Counted from the first letter of the stretch, positions 10,813 to 21,591 are shown. The stretch is DNA of 64,000 nucleotides from Bacteroidia bacterium (GCA_051861545.1 JBIMKP010000004.1:41647-105646), one strand, 5' to 3'. The notes: a model not told the origin generated them from the sequence alone. Made by a program: numbers and translations.

Positions 10813-11220
10813 ATGACAAAACAAATCTTCATTAATTTAGCAGTAAGTGATGTTCAAAAATCAATGGATTTTTATACAGCACTTGGTTTTACAAACAACC
10901 CTCAATTCTCTGATGACTCTGGAAAATGTATGGTTTGGAGTGAAAATATATTTTTGATGATTCTTTCTCATGAAAAATTCTTAAGCTTTACAAGCAAAGA
11001 AATCGCAGATACCAAATCAAAAATTGCTGGATTGTATTCATTGTCGCTTGAAAACATTGATGAAGTAAACAACATGATGGAAAACGGACTAAAAGCAGGA
11101 GGGATAGAGCCTAATGAAGCAAGAGATTATGGCTTTATGTTTCAAAGAACCATTGAAGATTTTGATGGCCATACATGGGAAATATTCTTTATGGATATGT
11201 CGAAGTTTCCAACGGAATAA
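10813..11220 (+). CDS. VOC/glyoxalase-family protein (second copy)
   Basis: 135 aa. IFINLAVSDVQKSMDFYTALGF and EDFDGHTWEIFFMD resemble the VOC fold. Confidence 0.75.
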   Translation: MTKQIFINLAVSDVQKSMDFYTALGFTNNPQFSDDSGKCMVWSENIFLMILSHEKFLSFTSKEIADTKSKIAGLYSLSLENIDEVNNMMENGLKAGGIEPNEARDYGFMFQRTIEDFDGHTWEIFFMDMSKFPTE

Positions 11221-11301
11221 ACAATTTGGTGTTAAGATTTCAACTTACAAAAAGTGTAATTTTTAACTCTAACCATCGTTTTTAATGTCTAATTTGACAT
11301 C

Positions 11302-11919
11302 ATGAAAGTAAAATTACTTTTTCTTTTTTTGCTGATTTCTTTGAGTTCCAGCGCACAATTTTACAGCAATGATACTTTGGTTTTAATTAACCATAATAGA
11401 ACATATTATGTTCCAAGAGTTAGTGTTTCTTTTCAGAGAAGTTTACTCTTAGAGGCAGGTATTTGCAGACAATGGTCGTTTAGAAAGAACTCTTATTCTA
11501 AAACAAATGGTTATGATCCAAAAGGTTCAGTTGCCTATTTTGGAACTTATTTATCTGGTGAAGCTGTTGTAATTAACAGAGATTATATACCTGGAGTAAA
11601 ATTGGGTGCGGAGTTGGCATTTGTAGGAGGTTCATCTGCAGGATATATTTTAGGTTTAGAAGCAACAAATTATTTTTATCAATCAAATCAATATTTAGGA
11701 CTTAGTCCAAAAATTATCATTCCTGTAACTAAGAATTTAACGCCATTGGCATTTTTATCCTATGGTTATTGCTTTAACGATTTCAATTCCCTTTCAAATT
11801 TTATTGGTAATCATAGGTTTTCGTTGATTGTGAATTTGTGCTTCAAAGAGCACAAACAAATCAACAAAATGGAAAAGGATTTTATTGAAAAAGTAAAGTT
11901 AATTAAGAGTGGTAGTTAA
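11302..11919 (+). CDS. Hypothetical secreted/outer-membrane protein
   Basis: Signal peptide MKVKLLFLFLLISLSSSAQ; Gly/Tyr-rich beta-strand-like composition. Confidence 0.45.
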   Translation: MKVKLLFLFLLISLSSSAQFYSNDTLVLINHNRTYYVPRVSVSFQRSLLLEAGICRQWSFRKNSYSKTNGYDPKGSVAYFGTYLSGEAVVINRDYIPGVKLGAELAFVGGSSAGYILGLEATNYFYQSNQYLGLSPKIIIPVTKNLTPLAFLSYGYCFNDFNSLSNFIGNHRFSLIVNLCFKEHKQINKMEKDFIEKVKLIKSGS

Positions 11920-12020
11920 AAAAAATCTTCTTGATATAAGTTAAAATTCAAAACTTAAATATCAATTTGAAAAGTTTTAGAAATACCAATTTTGGGATTT
12001 ATGAGTAAAGTTTAAAAAGA

Positions 12021-12197
12021 ATGAAAAATACATCAATATCAAATGAAGCTTATCTTTTGGAAAATGAAGATAGAAAAGAAACTTCGTTGAGAATCGCAAT
12101 TCAAAAAGGCTTAGGAAGTCCAAGAGTTGAAAATTTTGACTTCGACGAAAATTTAAATCAACAAAAAGCTAAAAAGAGGAAAAAAGGGCTAAATTGA
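12021..12197 (+). pseudogene. 58-aa ORF resembling the C-terminal half of a ParD-type antitoxin (possible remnant)
   Basis: ATG 12021, TGA 12195-12197, below the 60-aa ORF-track cutoff. MKNTSIS...LLENEDRKETSLRIAIQKGLGSPRVENFDFDENL resembles the ParD C-terminal pattern (L.ENE...LR.AI..G..S......FD.D.F). Too short to hold an RHH domain. Confidence 0.3.
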
Positions 12198-12215
12198 ATT
12201 TAAGACAAGAAGCCA

Positions 12216-12833
12216 TTGATAAATAAAAAACATTTCATTTTCCCTACAGGAATTATCAGCCTGCTTTTACTTCCAATTCTAGGTATTTGGCAGCTGAATG
12301 AATTTCAGGTTTTCGATAAATTCGGTTTAATAGAAGCTAATTATTTTTTTGATGATGAACCAACTTGTATTAATCTAAAAAGTCATCCAGAAATAAATTA
12401 TACTAGTTTCCATTTTACTGGAGACAAAAGTGCAGATAGAAGAAATCTAGATTTAGCCCAATTAGAAATCAGAAGATTAACACAATCAAAAAGCCTTAAA
12501 AATGGCATTTGTTTTCAATTTGGAGATTCATCAAAACTTTGGGCACTTGTAAAGGTATTTGAATTGTGTAAACTTGAAAAAGCCGAAAATTGCATAGGAG
12601 AAGGGAATAAGATTTGGGTTTTTAATAAAAAGCTGGAACCTCCAATGGTTAATGATTATTATAAAATATGTGGGGCTATTGATTCAATTAGGTTTCTGGA
12701 AAAAGAAACTCAAATCAACCAATACGAAAATATTTTTAGCTTATTTGTTGTCCCCTTTATTCTTTATTTGATTTTGGTGGTTTTAACTTTTCATAAAATA
12801 AGAACCTTTAGTTTTTTTAAAGAATCACAATAA
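12216..12833 (+). CDS. Hypothetical membrane-anchored protein (TTG start in the ORF track)
   Basis: N-terminal TM (GIISLLLLPILGIW) and C-terminal TM (FSLFVVPFILYLILVVLTF). No family recognised. Confidence 0.4.
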   Translation: MINKKHFIFPTGIISLLLLPILGIWQLNEFQVFDKFGLIEANYFFDDEPTCINLKSHPEINYTSFHFTGDKSADRRNLDLAQLEIRRLTQSKSLKNGICFQFGDSSKLWALVKVFELCKLEKAENCIGEGNKIWVFNKKLEPPMVNDYYKICGAIDSIRFLEKETQINQYENIFSLFVVPFILYLILVVLTFHKIRTFSFFKESQ

Positions 12834-13006
12834 AATTATTGCTTATCAGGATGTTTTGGTGATAAATAGCTCTAAATAAATTCTACCCCCTTTTATTTTT
12901 TTTTGTTTAACATGTGTAATGAAAATAATTAAAATCTTATTTTTATTGCGTATACTAAACAAAAATAGTATTTTTGAGTCTTATATTATCTGTATACAAT
13001 ACAAAT

Positions 13007-14215
13007 ATGACTTCAAATACTATAATTCATCAAAGAAATCGCTATATCAATAAGATTAAACCTTTTATTGGTAAAGGACTTATAAAGGTATTTGTAGGAC
13101 AAAGAAGGGTTGGGAAAAGTTATTTACTTTTTCAATTGATGGATTTAATCAAAACCCAAAATAAAGAAGCTACAATTTGTTATATAAATAAGGAAGATTT
13201 AAGCTTCGATTTTATTAAAACAGGAAAAGATTTAAGCGATTATGTTATCAGTCAAAAAAAAGGCAAAACCTATGTTTTTATTGATGAAATACAAGACATA
13301 AAAGGATTTGAAAATGGTTTAAGATCATTGCTTTTAGATGAGGAATTGGATTTATACTGCACAGGAAGTAATGCCAATTTATTATCAGGAGATATTGCGG
13401 GATATTTAAGTGGACGTTTTATAGAAATTGTAGTTTACAGCCTTTCTTATGAGGAGTTTTTGGAATTTCATTTACTTCAAGACAGCTCTGATTCCTTAGA
13501 AAAATACATGAAATTTGGAGGATTACCTTATTTAAAACATCTTCCTTTAGAACCTGAAATTGTATTCGATTATTTGAAAAATATCTATTCTTCAATTGTT
13601 TACCGAGATATAATCAATCGATTTGAAGTTAGAAATACTATTTTTCTTGAACAATTAGTTCAGTTTTTAGCAAGTAATACTGGTAGTTTGTTTTCTGCCA
13701 ATAAAATTAGTGCTTACCTAAAATCTCAAAAAACCAACATGAGTGTTAACCAGGTTTTAAACTATACTGAATATTTAACCAATGCATTTTTAATTCACAA
13801 AGTTGGTCGATATGATATCATTGGCAAAAGAGTTTTTGAAACAGGAGAGAAGTACTACTTTGAAAACTTAGGAATTAGAAACGGAATTTGGGGCTACCGA
13901 CTAGAAGATAGAGGTAAAATCATTGAAAATATAGTTTACAATCACTTACTCATTTTTGGATATAAAGTTTCAATTGGAGTAATTGGCGCTGAGGAGATTG
14001 ATTTCGTATGCGAAAAAGATGGAGAAAAAGCGTATGTTCAAGTAGCTCTTAGCATTCAAAATGAAAATACACTTATAAGAGAATTCGGTAATCTTCAGAA
14101 AATAAAAGACAATTATCCTAAATGGGTAATTAGTTTAGATGATTTTATATCAGCAAGTTACGAAGGAGTTAAACATTTAAATTTGAGAAAATTTATGTTG
14201 TCTGGTTTGAATTAG
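13007..14215 (+). CDS. AAA+ ATPase of the AAA_14/DUF4143 type
   Basis: Walker A VGQRRVGKS; Walker B YVFIDEIQ; C-terminal region typical of the DUF4143 architecture. I prefer ATG 13007 (MTSNT...) over the TTG at 12974. Confidence 0.8.
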   Translation: MTSNTIIHQRNRYINKIKPFIGKGLIKVFVGQRRVGKSYLLFQLMDLIKTQNKEATICYINKEDLSFDFIKTGKDLSDYVISQKKGKTYVFIDEIQDIKGFENGLRSLLLDEELDLYCTGSNANLLSGDIAGYLSGRFIEIVVYSLSYEEFLEFHLLQDSSDSLEKYMKFGGLPYLKHLPLEPEIVFDYLKNIYSSIVYRDIINRFEVRNTIFLEQLVQFLASNTGSLFSANKISAYLKSQKTNMSVNQVLNYTEYLTNAFLIHKVGRYDIIGKRVFETGEKYYFENLGIRNGIWGYRLEDRGKIIENIVYNHLLIFGYKVSIGVIGAEEIDFVCEKDGEKAYVQVALSIQNENTLIREFGNLQKIKDNYPKWVISLDDFISASYEGVKHLNLRKFMLSGLN

Positions 14216-14351
14216 TTTCATAAATCATTGTTAAAATCCATAACGGTTAGTTTCATTTCTTTCATAAATTTTACTATTTCACAAAACATGACATTCTTAA
14301 ATTTTCCAATATTATTAAGATTTAATCTAAATAGTTAGATATTTGCAGTAA

Positions 14352-15452
14352 ATGAGCAAACACGGAAAAATATTGGTAGCCATGAGTGGCGGTATCGACA
14401 GTACCGTTGCGGCTGTCATGTTAAGAGAAGAAGGCTACGAGGTTGTTGGTATTACCATGAAAACTTGGGATTACCAAAACAGTGGCGGAAGTAAGAAGGA
14501 GACGGGTTGCTGCAGCTTAGATTCAATAAATGATGCCAGAAGTATTTCTGTGCAATATGGTATTCACCACATGATTCTTGATATTAGAAACGAATTTGGT
14601 GATTATGTAATAGATAATTTTGTTGAAGAATATTTAGCTGGCAGAACGCCAAATCCTTGCGTTTTATGTAATACGCATATTAAATGGGAAGCACTTTTAA
14701 AAAGAGCTAATCAGCTTGATTGTGAGTTTATTGCTACTGGACATTATGCGCAAATCAGAAATGAAAATAACCGTTATGTTATTTCTAAGGGATTAGATGA
14801 ACACAAAGATCAATCTTACGTGCTTTGGGGCTTAAGTCAGGAAAGTTTAGCTAGAACTCGTTTCCCTCTAGGTGGTTTTCATAAAGCTGATATCAAACAA
14901 ATGGCTATTGACCGCGGATTTACCGAATTGGCTAAAAAGAGCGAGAGTTATGAAATCTGCTTTGTTCCTGATAATGATTACCGTGGCTTCCTAAAAAGAA
15001 GGGTAGATGGACTTGAAGAAAGAGTTGATGGTGGTAATTTTGTGAACCGTGAAGGAAAAATCTTGGGTAAACATAAAGGTTATCCATTTTATACGGTTGG
15101 ACAAAGAAAAGGTTTAGAAATAGCTTTAGGAGAGCCGATGTTTGTTTTAGAAATTCAACCAGAATCAAATACTGTTGTATTAGGTAGGGAAGAGGAATTA
15201 CAAAGAAAAGGTATGTGGGTTAGAAACCTTAATATGCAAAAATTTGAATCGATTGAAAAACCAATTGAAGCTTTAACAAAAGTTAGGTATAAGGATGCTG
15301 GAACTTTCTCGTTAATTGAGCAACATGAAAACAGAATGATGGTGAATTTTTACAGCAATGTTAAAGGAATCGCACCTGGCCAATCAGCTGTTTTTTATGA
15401 TGGAAATGATGTAATTGGTGGCGGTTGGATTCAATCTAGCTTTGATTTATAA
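14352..15452 (+). CDS. mnmA: tRNA 2-thiouridine(34) synthase
   Basis: PP-loop VAMSGGIDSTVAA; NPCVLCN; DQSYVLW; full-length 366 aa. Confidence 0.95.
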   Translation: MSKHGKILVAMSGGIDSTVAAVMLREEGYEVVGITMKTWDYQNSGGSKKETGCCSLDSINDARSISVQYGIHHMILDIRNEFGDYVIDNFVEEYLAGRTPNPCVLCNTHIKWEALLKRANQLDCEFIATGHYAQIRNENNRYVISKGLDEHKDQSYVLWGLSQESLARTRFPLGGFHKADIKQMAIDRGFTELAKKSESYEICFVPDNDYRGFLKRRVDGLEERVDGGNFVNREGKILGKHKGYPFYTVGQRKGLEIALGEPMFVLEIQPESNTVVLGREEELQRKGMWVRNLNMQKFESIEKPIEALTKVRYKDAGTFSLIEQHENRMMVNFYSNVKGIAPGQSAVFYDGNDVIGGGWIQSSFDL

Positions 15453-15453
15453 T

Positions 15454-16134
15454 TTGAAAAAAACGTATTTATATAAGCAGTTTTTTTTATTTCTGATTGG
15501 AGTAATCAGTGTAATTTCGTCGTGCAAAAAAGAAGAACCAATCACTGAAGAATTCGGTTATCATTACCTCTTATTAGATTCAGGAACTGTTAATATTTAT
15601 CGTTTCGACTCAATTGCTTTCGATGATAATAAGGAATCAATCGACACTTTTAATTATTATTTGAAGGAAGTTTATTCTGGTTATTTAATTAATCAGAATA
15701 ATGAAAAAATTCAAATCATAGAAAGATTGGTTTCTAAAAACGATACGAATAATTGGGTTTCAAGAGAATCAGCTTTTTCTGAATTGAAGCAAAAAACCTA
15801 CGAAAGAATAGATCAAAATCAAAGAAGAATAAAATTGGTTTTTCCTATAAAACAAAATGCGATTTGGAATGGAAATGCATACAATGATTTAGGAAAAATC
15901 AATTATTTATTAAGTCCGGTTTTTGATAAAAAAGTTTATTCTGGTTTAACTTTTACCAATGTTATTGAGGTTCAAGAAGCCAATCTTGTAAACTTTATTG
16001 AAACATTAAAAGAGAAAAGTGCTTATTCAAAAAACATTGGATTGGTTTATTACGAATCAACAAAACTGAGCACTCAAAGCAATAAAACATCAGGTTATTC
16101 GCTAAAATTAACCCTAATTAGTCAAACTCGTTAA
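15454..16134 (+). CDS. Hypothetical lipoprotein
   Basis: The ORF-track start overlaps mnmA. The TTG at 15454 gives (M)KKTYLYKQFFLFLIGVISVISSCKKEE, a lipoprotein signal with a Cys lipobox. Confidence 0.5.
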   Translation: MKKTYLYKQFFLFLIGVISVISSCKKEEPITEEFGYHYLLLDSGTVNIYRFDSIAFDDNKESIDTFNYYLKEVYSGYLINQNNEKIQIIERLVSKNDTNNWVSRESAFSELKQKTYERIDQNQRRIKLVFPIKQNAIWNGNAYNDLGKINYLLSPVFDKKVYSGLTFTNVIEVQEANLVNFIETLKEKSAYSKNIGLVYYESTKLSTQSNKTSGYSLKLTLISQTR

Positions 16135-16183
16135 TTTTTGGTTTCTCAACTATGTTTTTATTCGTTAATTGCGAATTACTAGT

Positions 16184-17839
16184 ATGAGAACTTCATTTTT
16201 GCTTTTATTTTGTTTGATGTATTTGGGTTTATCGGCCCAAAAAAGTAATTATTATTTTATTGGTTTTAAAGATAAGCCAAGGTATAAGGAAACCTTAAAT
16301 CAACCTTTTTTATACATATCTCAAAAGGCAATCGAGCGCAGGTTAAAATATAAAGTTCCTGTTTCTTCAAATGATATTCCTCCTGATTCGGGCTATATGT
16401 CGCAAATGCTGAAATTGCCTTTAGAATATTGTGGTCAGACGCGTTGGTTTAATGGCTTTTTAGCTAAAATACCACAATCGTTTGATGTTGATTCTATAAG
16501 AAAATTTCCTTTTGTTGATAAGGTTGAATACTTAGGTCCTTATGTTGCTTGGGAAGAAGAAGTGGAAAGATCAGAAACCCCAATAGAAGAAAATATTGGT
16601 CAATTAGAAGAATCATTCAAAAAGAAAGATAAAAAAGATACAAGTTTTTTCGGAATGAGTGCGATTCAGTTTAAGCAATTAAATTACGCTAAGTTTTACC
16701 AAGATGGAAGTTTTTATCCAGGTGATGGAATTAGGATTGCAGTAATTGATGCCGGTTTTAAAAACATGGATAATCTGCAAGCTTTTAAACATCTTTTTAA
16801 AGAAAAAAGAATTGTAAGTTCTTATGATTTTGTTGAAAGAGAGGAAGAGGTTTTTGATGATGATGTGCATGGATTAGCTGTTATTAGTTGTTTAGCATCG
16901 AGATTACCAGGTGTTTTAATGGGCACAGCTCCGAATGCTGATTATATTTTATTACGTTCTGAAAATGCTGTTTCAGAATATTTGCTTGAAGAATATTATT
17001 GGTTACAAGCTGCTGAATATGCAGATAGTGCTGGTGCTGATATTATCAATTCTTCTTTAGGATATACCAAACATGATGTTTCATCGATGGGACATAAATA
17101 CAAGGAATTAAATGGCCAAACCACCGTTGTTAGTAGAGCTGCGGAGATTGCGGCATCAAAAGGAATTCTGGTTTTTGTAAGTGCTGGAAACGAAGGAATG
17201 GATGTTTGGAGGCAAATTAGTGCGCCTGCAGATGCTGAACATGTAGTTTCGGTTGGAGCGGTTGCAGAAGATGGCGATATAGCTTCATTTAGTTCAGTTG
17301 GCCCAACAGCCGATAAAAGAATAAAACCAGATGTTGTTGCTTTTGGAAAAGGAATTTCTGTACTTTCTGAAAATGGAAGTATTTATCCAGGAAATGGTAC
17401 TTCTTATGCCTCACCAGTTTTAGCTGGAACGGCATCATATTTAATGAAAAAGTATCCAAGAAGAAGTTTGAATGAAATTAGAGATACTTATAAATTAGCT
17501 GCTAATCAGTATTACAAACCAGCTAAACAAAAAGGCTGGGGAATTCCTGATATAGATTTAATGTGCAAGTTTTTAGGTTCAACAAAAGATAGCTTGTTAG
17601 ATGCACAAGTTTTGGATAATGGCAAAATGCACATCAGCCTAAGATTAAAGCAAAGCAAAAGTGTAAAAATTAAATGGTTAAGTGGGACTACTATTGTTGA
17701 AGAAGAAAGCTTTAGCTCCAAAACACCTGGAACTTTTAGGTTTGAATCAGCATTAAATAAAAAACGCTTAAAAGGTATTACCCATTTAAGCGTTTCTTTT
17801 CAAGATTATGAAAATCTAATTCAAATTTCTGGCTATTGA
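16184..17839 (+). CDS. S8 (subtilisin-family) serine peptidase
   Basis: Catalytic triad contexts AVIDAGF (Asp), HGLAVIS (His) and GNGTSYASPVLAG (Ser). Signal peptide MRTSFLLLFCLMYLGLSAQ from ATG 16184. Confidence 0.85.
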   Translation: MRTSFLLLFCLMYLGLSAQKSNYYFIGFKDKPRYKETLNQPFLYISQKAIERRLKYKVPVSSNDIPPDSGYMSQMLKLPLEYCGQTRWFNGFLAKIPQSFDVDSIRKFPFVDKVEYLGPYVAWEEEVERSETPIEENIGQLEESFKKKDKKDTSFFGMSAIQFKQLNYAKFYQDGSFYPGDGIRIAVIDAGFKNMDNLQAFKHLFKEKRIVSSYDFVEREEEVFDDDVHGLAVISCLASRLPGVLMGTAPNADYILLRSENAVSEYLLEEYYWLQAAEYADSAGADIINSSLGYTKHDVSSMGHKYKELNGQTTVVSRAAEIAASKGILVFVSAGNEGMDVWRQISAPADAEHVVSVGAVAEDGDIASFSSVGPTADKRIKPDVVAFGKGISVLSENGSIYPGNGTSYASPVLAGTASYLMKKYPRRSLNEIRDTYKLAANQYYKPAKQKGWGIPDIDLMCKFLGSTKDSLLDAQVLDNGKMHISLRLKQSKSVKIKWLSGTTIVEEESFSSKTPGTFRFESALNKKRLKGITHLSVSFQDYENLIQISGY

Positions 17840-18351
17840 GCTATTTTTTTGAATGAAGGAATATTTATTGTAATTAAATAGAAACTGCCGAATAAAGCAG
17901 CTGAATAAAATAAATCACCTGCTAATGCATTTCTAAAAAATGGAATTCCACTTACGTATGATTGTATAATTCCACTAAAATTGTGTGGGTATAAAGTTTC
18001 TGGGTAAAAAAGTGCAAAATTAGTAAATACATAAAATACTACTGAAGATGCAATACTTGTTAAGCCAACTCTAACAATGCTTTTATTATTTTGCAAGTTG
18101 AATCCCATTAAGATGGTTAAAACAAAACCTATATAAGGAACCAACATTTCCCATCCATAAAAACCAAGGTATAAATCACTTAGTAATAAAGCAGCTAAAG
18201 GAACAATAAATGCTAAAATTCTATTGGTGATATAAGCACCTGCAAATAGTGCAATGGCTCCAACTGGAGTGAAATTAGGCAAATGATCGATTAATCGAAA
18301 AGATGCTGCTACCAAAATTAGGCCTACAATTAGTGCGAACTGTTTTTTCAT
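17833..18351 (-). CDS. Small polytopic membrane protein (DUF6580-like putative transporter component)
   Basis: 172 aa with 5-6 hydrophobic spans. The N-terminal FRLIDHLPNFTPVGAIALFAGAY pattern is recalled for that family. The 3' end overlaps the convergent S8 gene by 7 nt. Confidence 0.5.
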   Translation of the reverse strand: MKKQFALIVGLILVAASFRLIDHLPNFTPVGAIALFAGAYITNRILAFIVPLAALLLSDLYLGFYGWEMLVPYIGFVLTILMGFNLQNNKSIVRVGLTSIASSVVFYVFTNFALFYPETLYPHNFSGIIQSYVSGIPFFRNALAGDLFYSAALFGSFYLITINIPSFKKIAQ

Positions 18352-18637
18352 TTTAATTTAGTTTTTCTTTTTAATATACAACTTTGCGAAAGTATAAACC
18401 TTTCTGCTAAAAGTAAAGGTAAATTAAAAAGCTTTGTTCACAATCACCCTAACTTTTACACAAAAAACTATCCGTTTAGGTATTTGCAAGCCCTTTTAAA
18501 AAAAAATTGTCGCGATTATCTGAAAGTACCTATTTTGCAAAGGATTTTTAGACGAAAAATTATGAAACGGTTTTAGCGAACTAGAAATAATTCAGACTAA
18601 TTATCAAAAATTAAAGAAAACTATTCAATTTTATAAC

Positions 18638-21535
18638 ATGAAGAAAATTACACTTTTCTCAGCTGCAGCTGCCTTAATGCTGGCAGGAAGTAGCCTGAAA
18701 GCTCAGGCTCCTGTTCAAGCAAACCCAAATCAAACGGTTTTGCTTGATAAGGTGACAGCCAATCCGGGTGAAATGAAAATCTCTTATGAGAAGTACAAAT
18801 TACCAAACGGATTAACTCTTATTATTCATGAAGATCATTCAGATCCAATTGTGCATGTAGAAGTTACTTACCATGTTGGTTCTGCAAGAGAAACTCCTGG
18901 AAAATCTGGTTTTGCCCATTTCTTTGAGCACATGATGTTCCAAGGTTCAGTTCACGTAAAAGATGAAGAGCATTTTAAAATTGTACAAGGTGCGGGTGGT
19001 CAAATGAATGGTACTACCAATCGCGACCGTACAAATTATTTCGAAACATTACCTGCAAACTACTTAGAAACTGCTCTTTGGTTAGAAGCAGATCGTATGG
19101 GTTATTTATTGGATTCTGTAACTCAAAAGAAATTTGAAGTTCAAAGAGCTACAGTTAAAAATGAAAAAGGCGAACGAGTTGATAACGTTCCTTATGGTAA
19201 AGTAGATGAAATTAAAGATGCTACTTTATATCCAAACGGACATCCTTACAGCTGGCCAACAATTGGTTATTTGGAAGATTTAGATAGAGTAAATGTTGAA
19301 GATTTGAAAAACTTCTTCATGCGTTGGTATGGTCCTAACAATGCTTGTTTAGTTGTTGCGGGTGATGTAAATCCTGCTGATGTAGTAAAAATGGCTGAGA
19401 AGTATTTTGGTCCAATCCCTAAAGGTCCAGAAGTACGTGCTCAAAGAATTGAGCCAGTTCGTTTACCTGATAATAAATATGCTAACTATGGTGACAATGT
19501 ATTTTTACCTTTGTACTATATAGTTTATCCAACTGTAAAGAACTACCATCCAGATGAGCCTGCTGTTGATTTATTAGCTAGCATCTTAGGTTCTGGCAAT
19601 AACTCAATTTTCTACAAAAACTTCATCAAAACTGAAAAAGCTTTCCAAGCTCAGGTTTTCCACCCAGCTTCTGAATTATCGGGTGAATTTACAATGGCTA
19701 TATTACCATTACCAAATATTGATGGTGATATAGATGTTGAGAAAATGGTGGCTTCAACTTTAGAAGAGTTTGAAAAAACTGGTATTTCTGATGATGACTT
19801 AGCTCGTGCAAAAGGTAGTATTGAAGGTAATTTAATCTTTGGTATGCAAAGTGTTGCTGCAAGAGCAAGCACTTTAAGTATGTTGTGGTATTTGGCTCAT
19901 GGTAATCCTAAATTAGAGAAAAACTTCAATATTTCTGATGAGTTAGCTCGTTACCAAAAAGTTACTAAAGAAGATATCATGCGTGTTTATAGAACTTATA
20001 TCAAAGACAAAAAATACGTAATGGTAAATGTTTTCCCTAAAAAAGCTAATGCTGCTGTATCAAAAGAAGAAACTAAAGCTGTTACTAGTTCTGGTGTTGC
20101 TAAAACTGAATTAGAATACAAAGGATTATCTTATACAACTCCAAAAGACAATTTTGATAGAAGCAAAAAACCATCAACTGGTGCTGCAAAATCTCCTGAA
20201 ATTCCTAGTTTTTATACTACTACTTGGGATAATGGAATCAAAGTTATTGGAACAGAAACAAAAGAATCACCTGTTGTAACTTTATTAATTACTATGAAAG
20301 GTGGAAATATTGCAGTTGGTGATCCTTCTAAAACTGGATTGGCTTCTTTAACTGCTGATATGATGACAGAGGCTACTCAAAATTATACCAGTGAAGCTTT
20401 TGATAATGAAATGCAAAAATTAGGTAGTTCTATCTCATTTAATGCAGGTTCTGATGTTACAACTGTTCAAGTAGTTACATTGAAAAAGAATATTGATGCT
20501 ACTTTAAAATTGTTCGAAGAAAAATTACTTCGTCCTAAGTTTAATGCAGATGAGTTTAAGTTAAACCAATCACAAAACTACCAAAACATCAGCTCTCAAA
20601 AATTTGATGCTGGTGCTACTGCTGATTTAGCTTTTAATAAATTAGTATACGGAAAAACAATTGCTGCTGAGCCTGTTGAAGGGACTTTGAAATCAATCAA
20701 ATCTATTACAATTAAAGATGTTCAAAATTATTATGACCGTTATTATGGTCCTGATTTTGCTAGCTTAACTGTTGTTGGTGATATCACTGAATCTGAAATT
20801 ATGCCTAAATTAGGTTTCTTGAAAAACTGGAAAAAGAAAAACATCAGTTTCCCTCCACTTCCAATTCCGCCAGTTGCTGCTAACAACAACAAACAAATTT
20901 ATTTGGTTGATAAATACAAAGCTGCTCAATCTGAAATCAGAATTGGTATGGTTGGACAGAAATACGATTGGAACGGAAATTACTTCAAAACAAATGCAAT
21001 GAACTTCCCATTAGGCGGAAACTTTAATAGCCGTTTAAACTTAAACTTACGTGAAGACAAAGGATTTACTTATGGTATTCGTTCAATGAACTATGGTTAT
21101 AAAGATAGAGTAGGTGCTTATCAAATTGCTACTGGAGTTCGTACTTCTGCAACTGATAGTGCTATGAAAGAAATAATGACTGAAGTAACTAATTTTGCTG
21201 AAAATGGTATTACTGATGAGGAAATGAAGTTCATGAAGAATTCAATTACTCAAAGTGATGCATTGCGTTATGAAACTGCTTTCCAAAAAGCTGGTTTCTT
21301 AAACAGATTAATTGAGTATAACTTACCTAAAGATTATATCAAACAACAAAACGATATCTTAAATTCTTTATCAAAAGAAGAGTTAAATCGTTTAGCTAAA
21401 GAAGTTCTTCAATCTGATAAAATGACTATTTTAGTTGTTGGTGATAAAGAAAAAATCAAAGCTAATCTTGAAAAACTTGGATACAAAATTGTTGATTACA
21501 AAGAAGTAGAAACTGCTACTTACGAGAAAAACTAA
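18638..21535 (+). CDS. M16 (pitrilysin/insulinase) family zinc peptidase, double-length
   Basis: Signal peptide; inverted zinc motif HFFEHMMFQG with downstream E (ENEKGE); 965 aa, consistent with active plus inactive halves. Confidence 0.9.
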   Translation: MKKITLFSAAAALMLAGSSLKAQAPVQANPNQTVLLDKVTANPGEMKISYEKYKLPNGLTLIIHEDHSDPIVHVEVTYHVGSARETPGKSGFAHFFEHMMFQGSVHVKDEEHFKIVQGAGGQMNGTTNRDRTNYFETLPANYLETALWLEADRMGYLLDSVTQKKFEVQRATVKNEKGERVDNVPYGKVDEIKDATLYPNGHPYSWPTIGYLEDLDRVNVEDLKNFFMRWYGPNNACLVVAGDVNPADVVKMAEKYFGPIPKGPEVRAQRIEPVRLPDNKYANYGDNVFLPLYYIVYPTVKNYHPDEPAVDLLASILGSGNNSIFYKNFIKTEKAFQAQVFHPASELSGEFTMAILPLPNIDGDIDVEKMVASTLEEFEKTGISDDDLARAKGSIEGNLIFGMQSVAARASTLSMLWYLAHGNPKLEKNFNISDELARYQKVTKEDIMRVYRTYIKDKKYVMVNVFPKKANAAVSKEETKAVTSSGVAKTELEYKGLSYTTPKDNFDRSKKPSTGAAKSPEIPSFYTTTWDNGIKVIGTETKESPVVTLLITMKGGNIAVGDPSKTGLASLTADMMTEATQNYTSEAFDNEMQKLGSSISFNAGSDVTTVQVVTLKKNIDATLKLFEEKLLRPKFNADEFKLNQSQNYQNISSQKFDAGATADLAFNKLVYGKTIAAEPVEGTLKSIKSITIKDVQNYYDRYYGPDFASLTVVGDITESEIMPKLGFLKNWKKKNISFPPLPIPPVAANNNKQIYLVDKYKAAQSEIRIGMVGQKYDWNGNYFKTNAMNFPLGGNFNSRLNLNLREDKGFTYGIRSMNYGYKDRVGAYQIATGVRTSATDSAMKEIMTEVTNFAENGITDEEMKFMKNSITQSDALRYETAFQKAGFLNRLIEYNLPKDYIKQQNDILNSLSKEELNRLAKEVLQSDKMTILVVGDKEKIKANLEKLGYKIVDYKEVETATYEKN

Positions 21536-21559
21536 TCAATAAAAATTATTAAATTAGAA

Positions 21560-21591
21560 AGGGCTGCATCTGAAAAGATGTGGCCCTTTTT
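21560..21591 (+). terminator. Rho-independent terminator after the M16 gene
   Basis: agggctgcatc / gatgtggccct stem (two G-U pairs in RNA) followed by ttttt. It contains the ORF-track ATG at 21578. Confidence 0.6.

Noticed and set aside
17833-17839. 7-nt overlap of the convergent S8 peptidase and membrane protein gene ends
   Set aside because: This is a trivial stop-region overlap with no sign of a regulatory structure.
18352-18637. Possible riboswitch upstream of the DUF6580-like membrane protein gene
   Set aside because: I read both strands and found no conserved riboswitch core (for example a B12 box or a THI-box-like element) and no convincing multi-stem structure. It remains an ordinary divergent promoter region.
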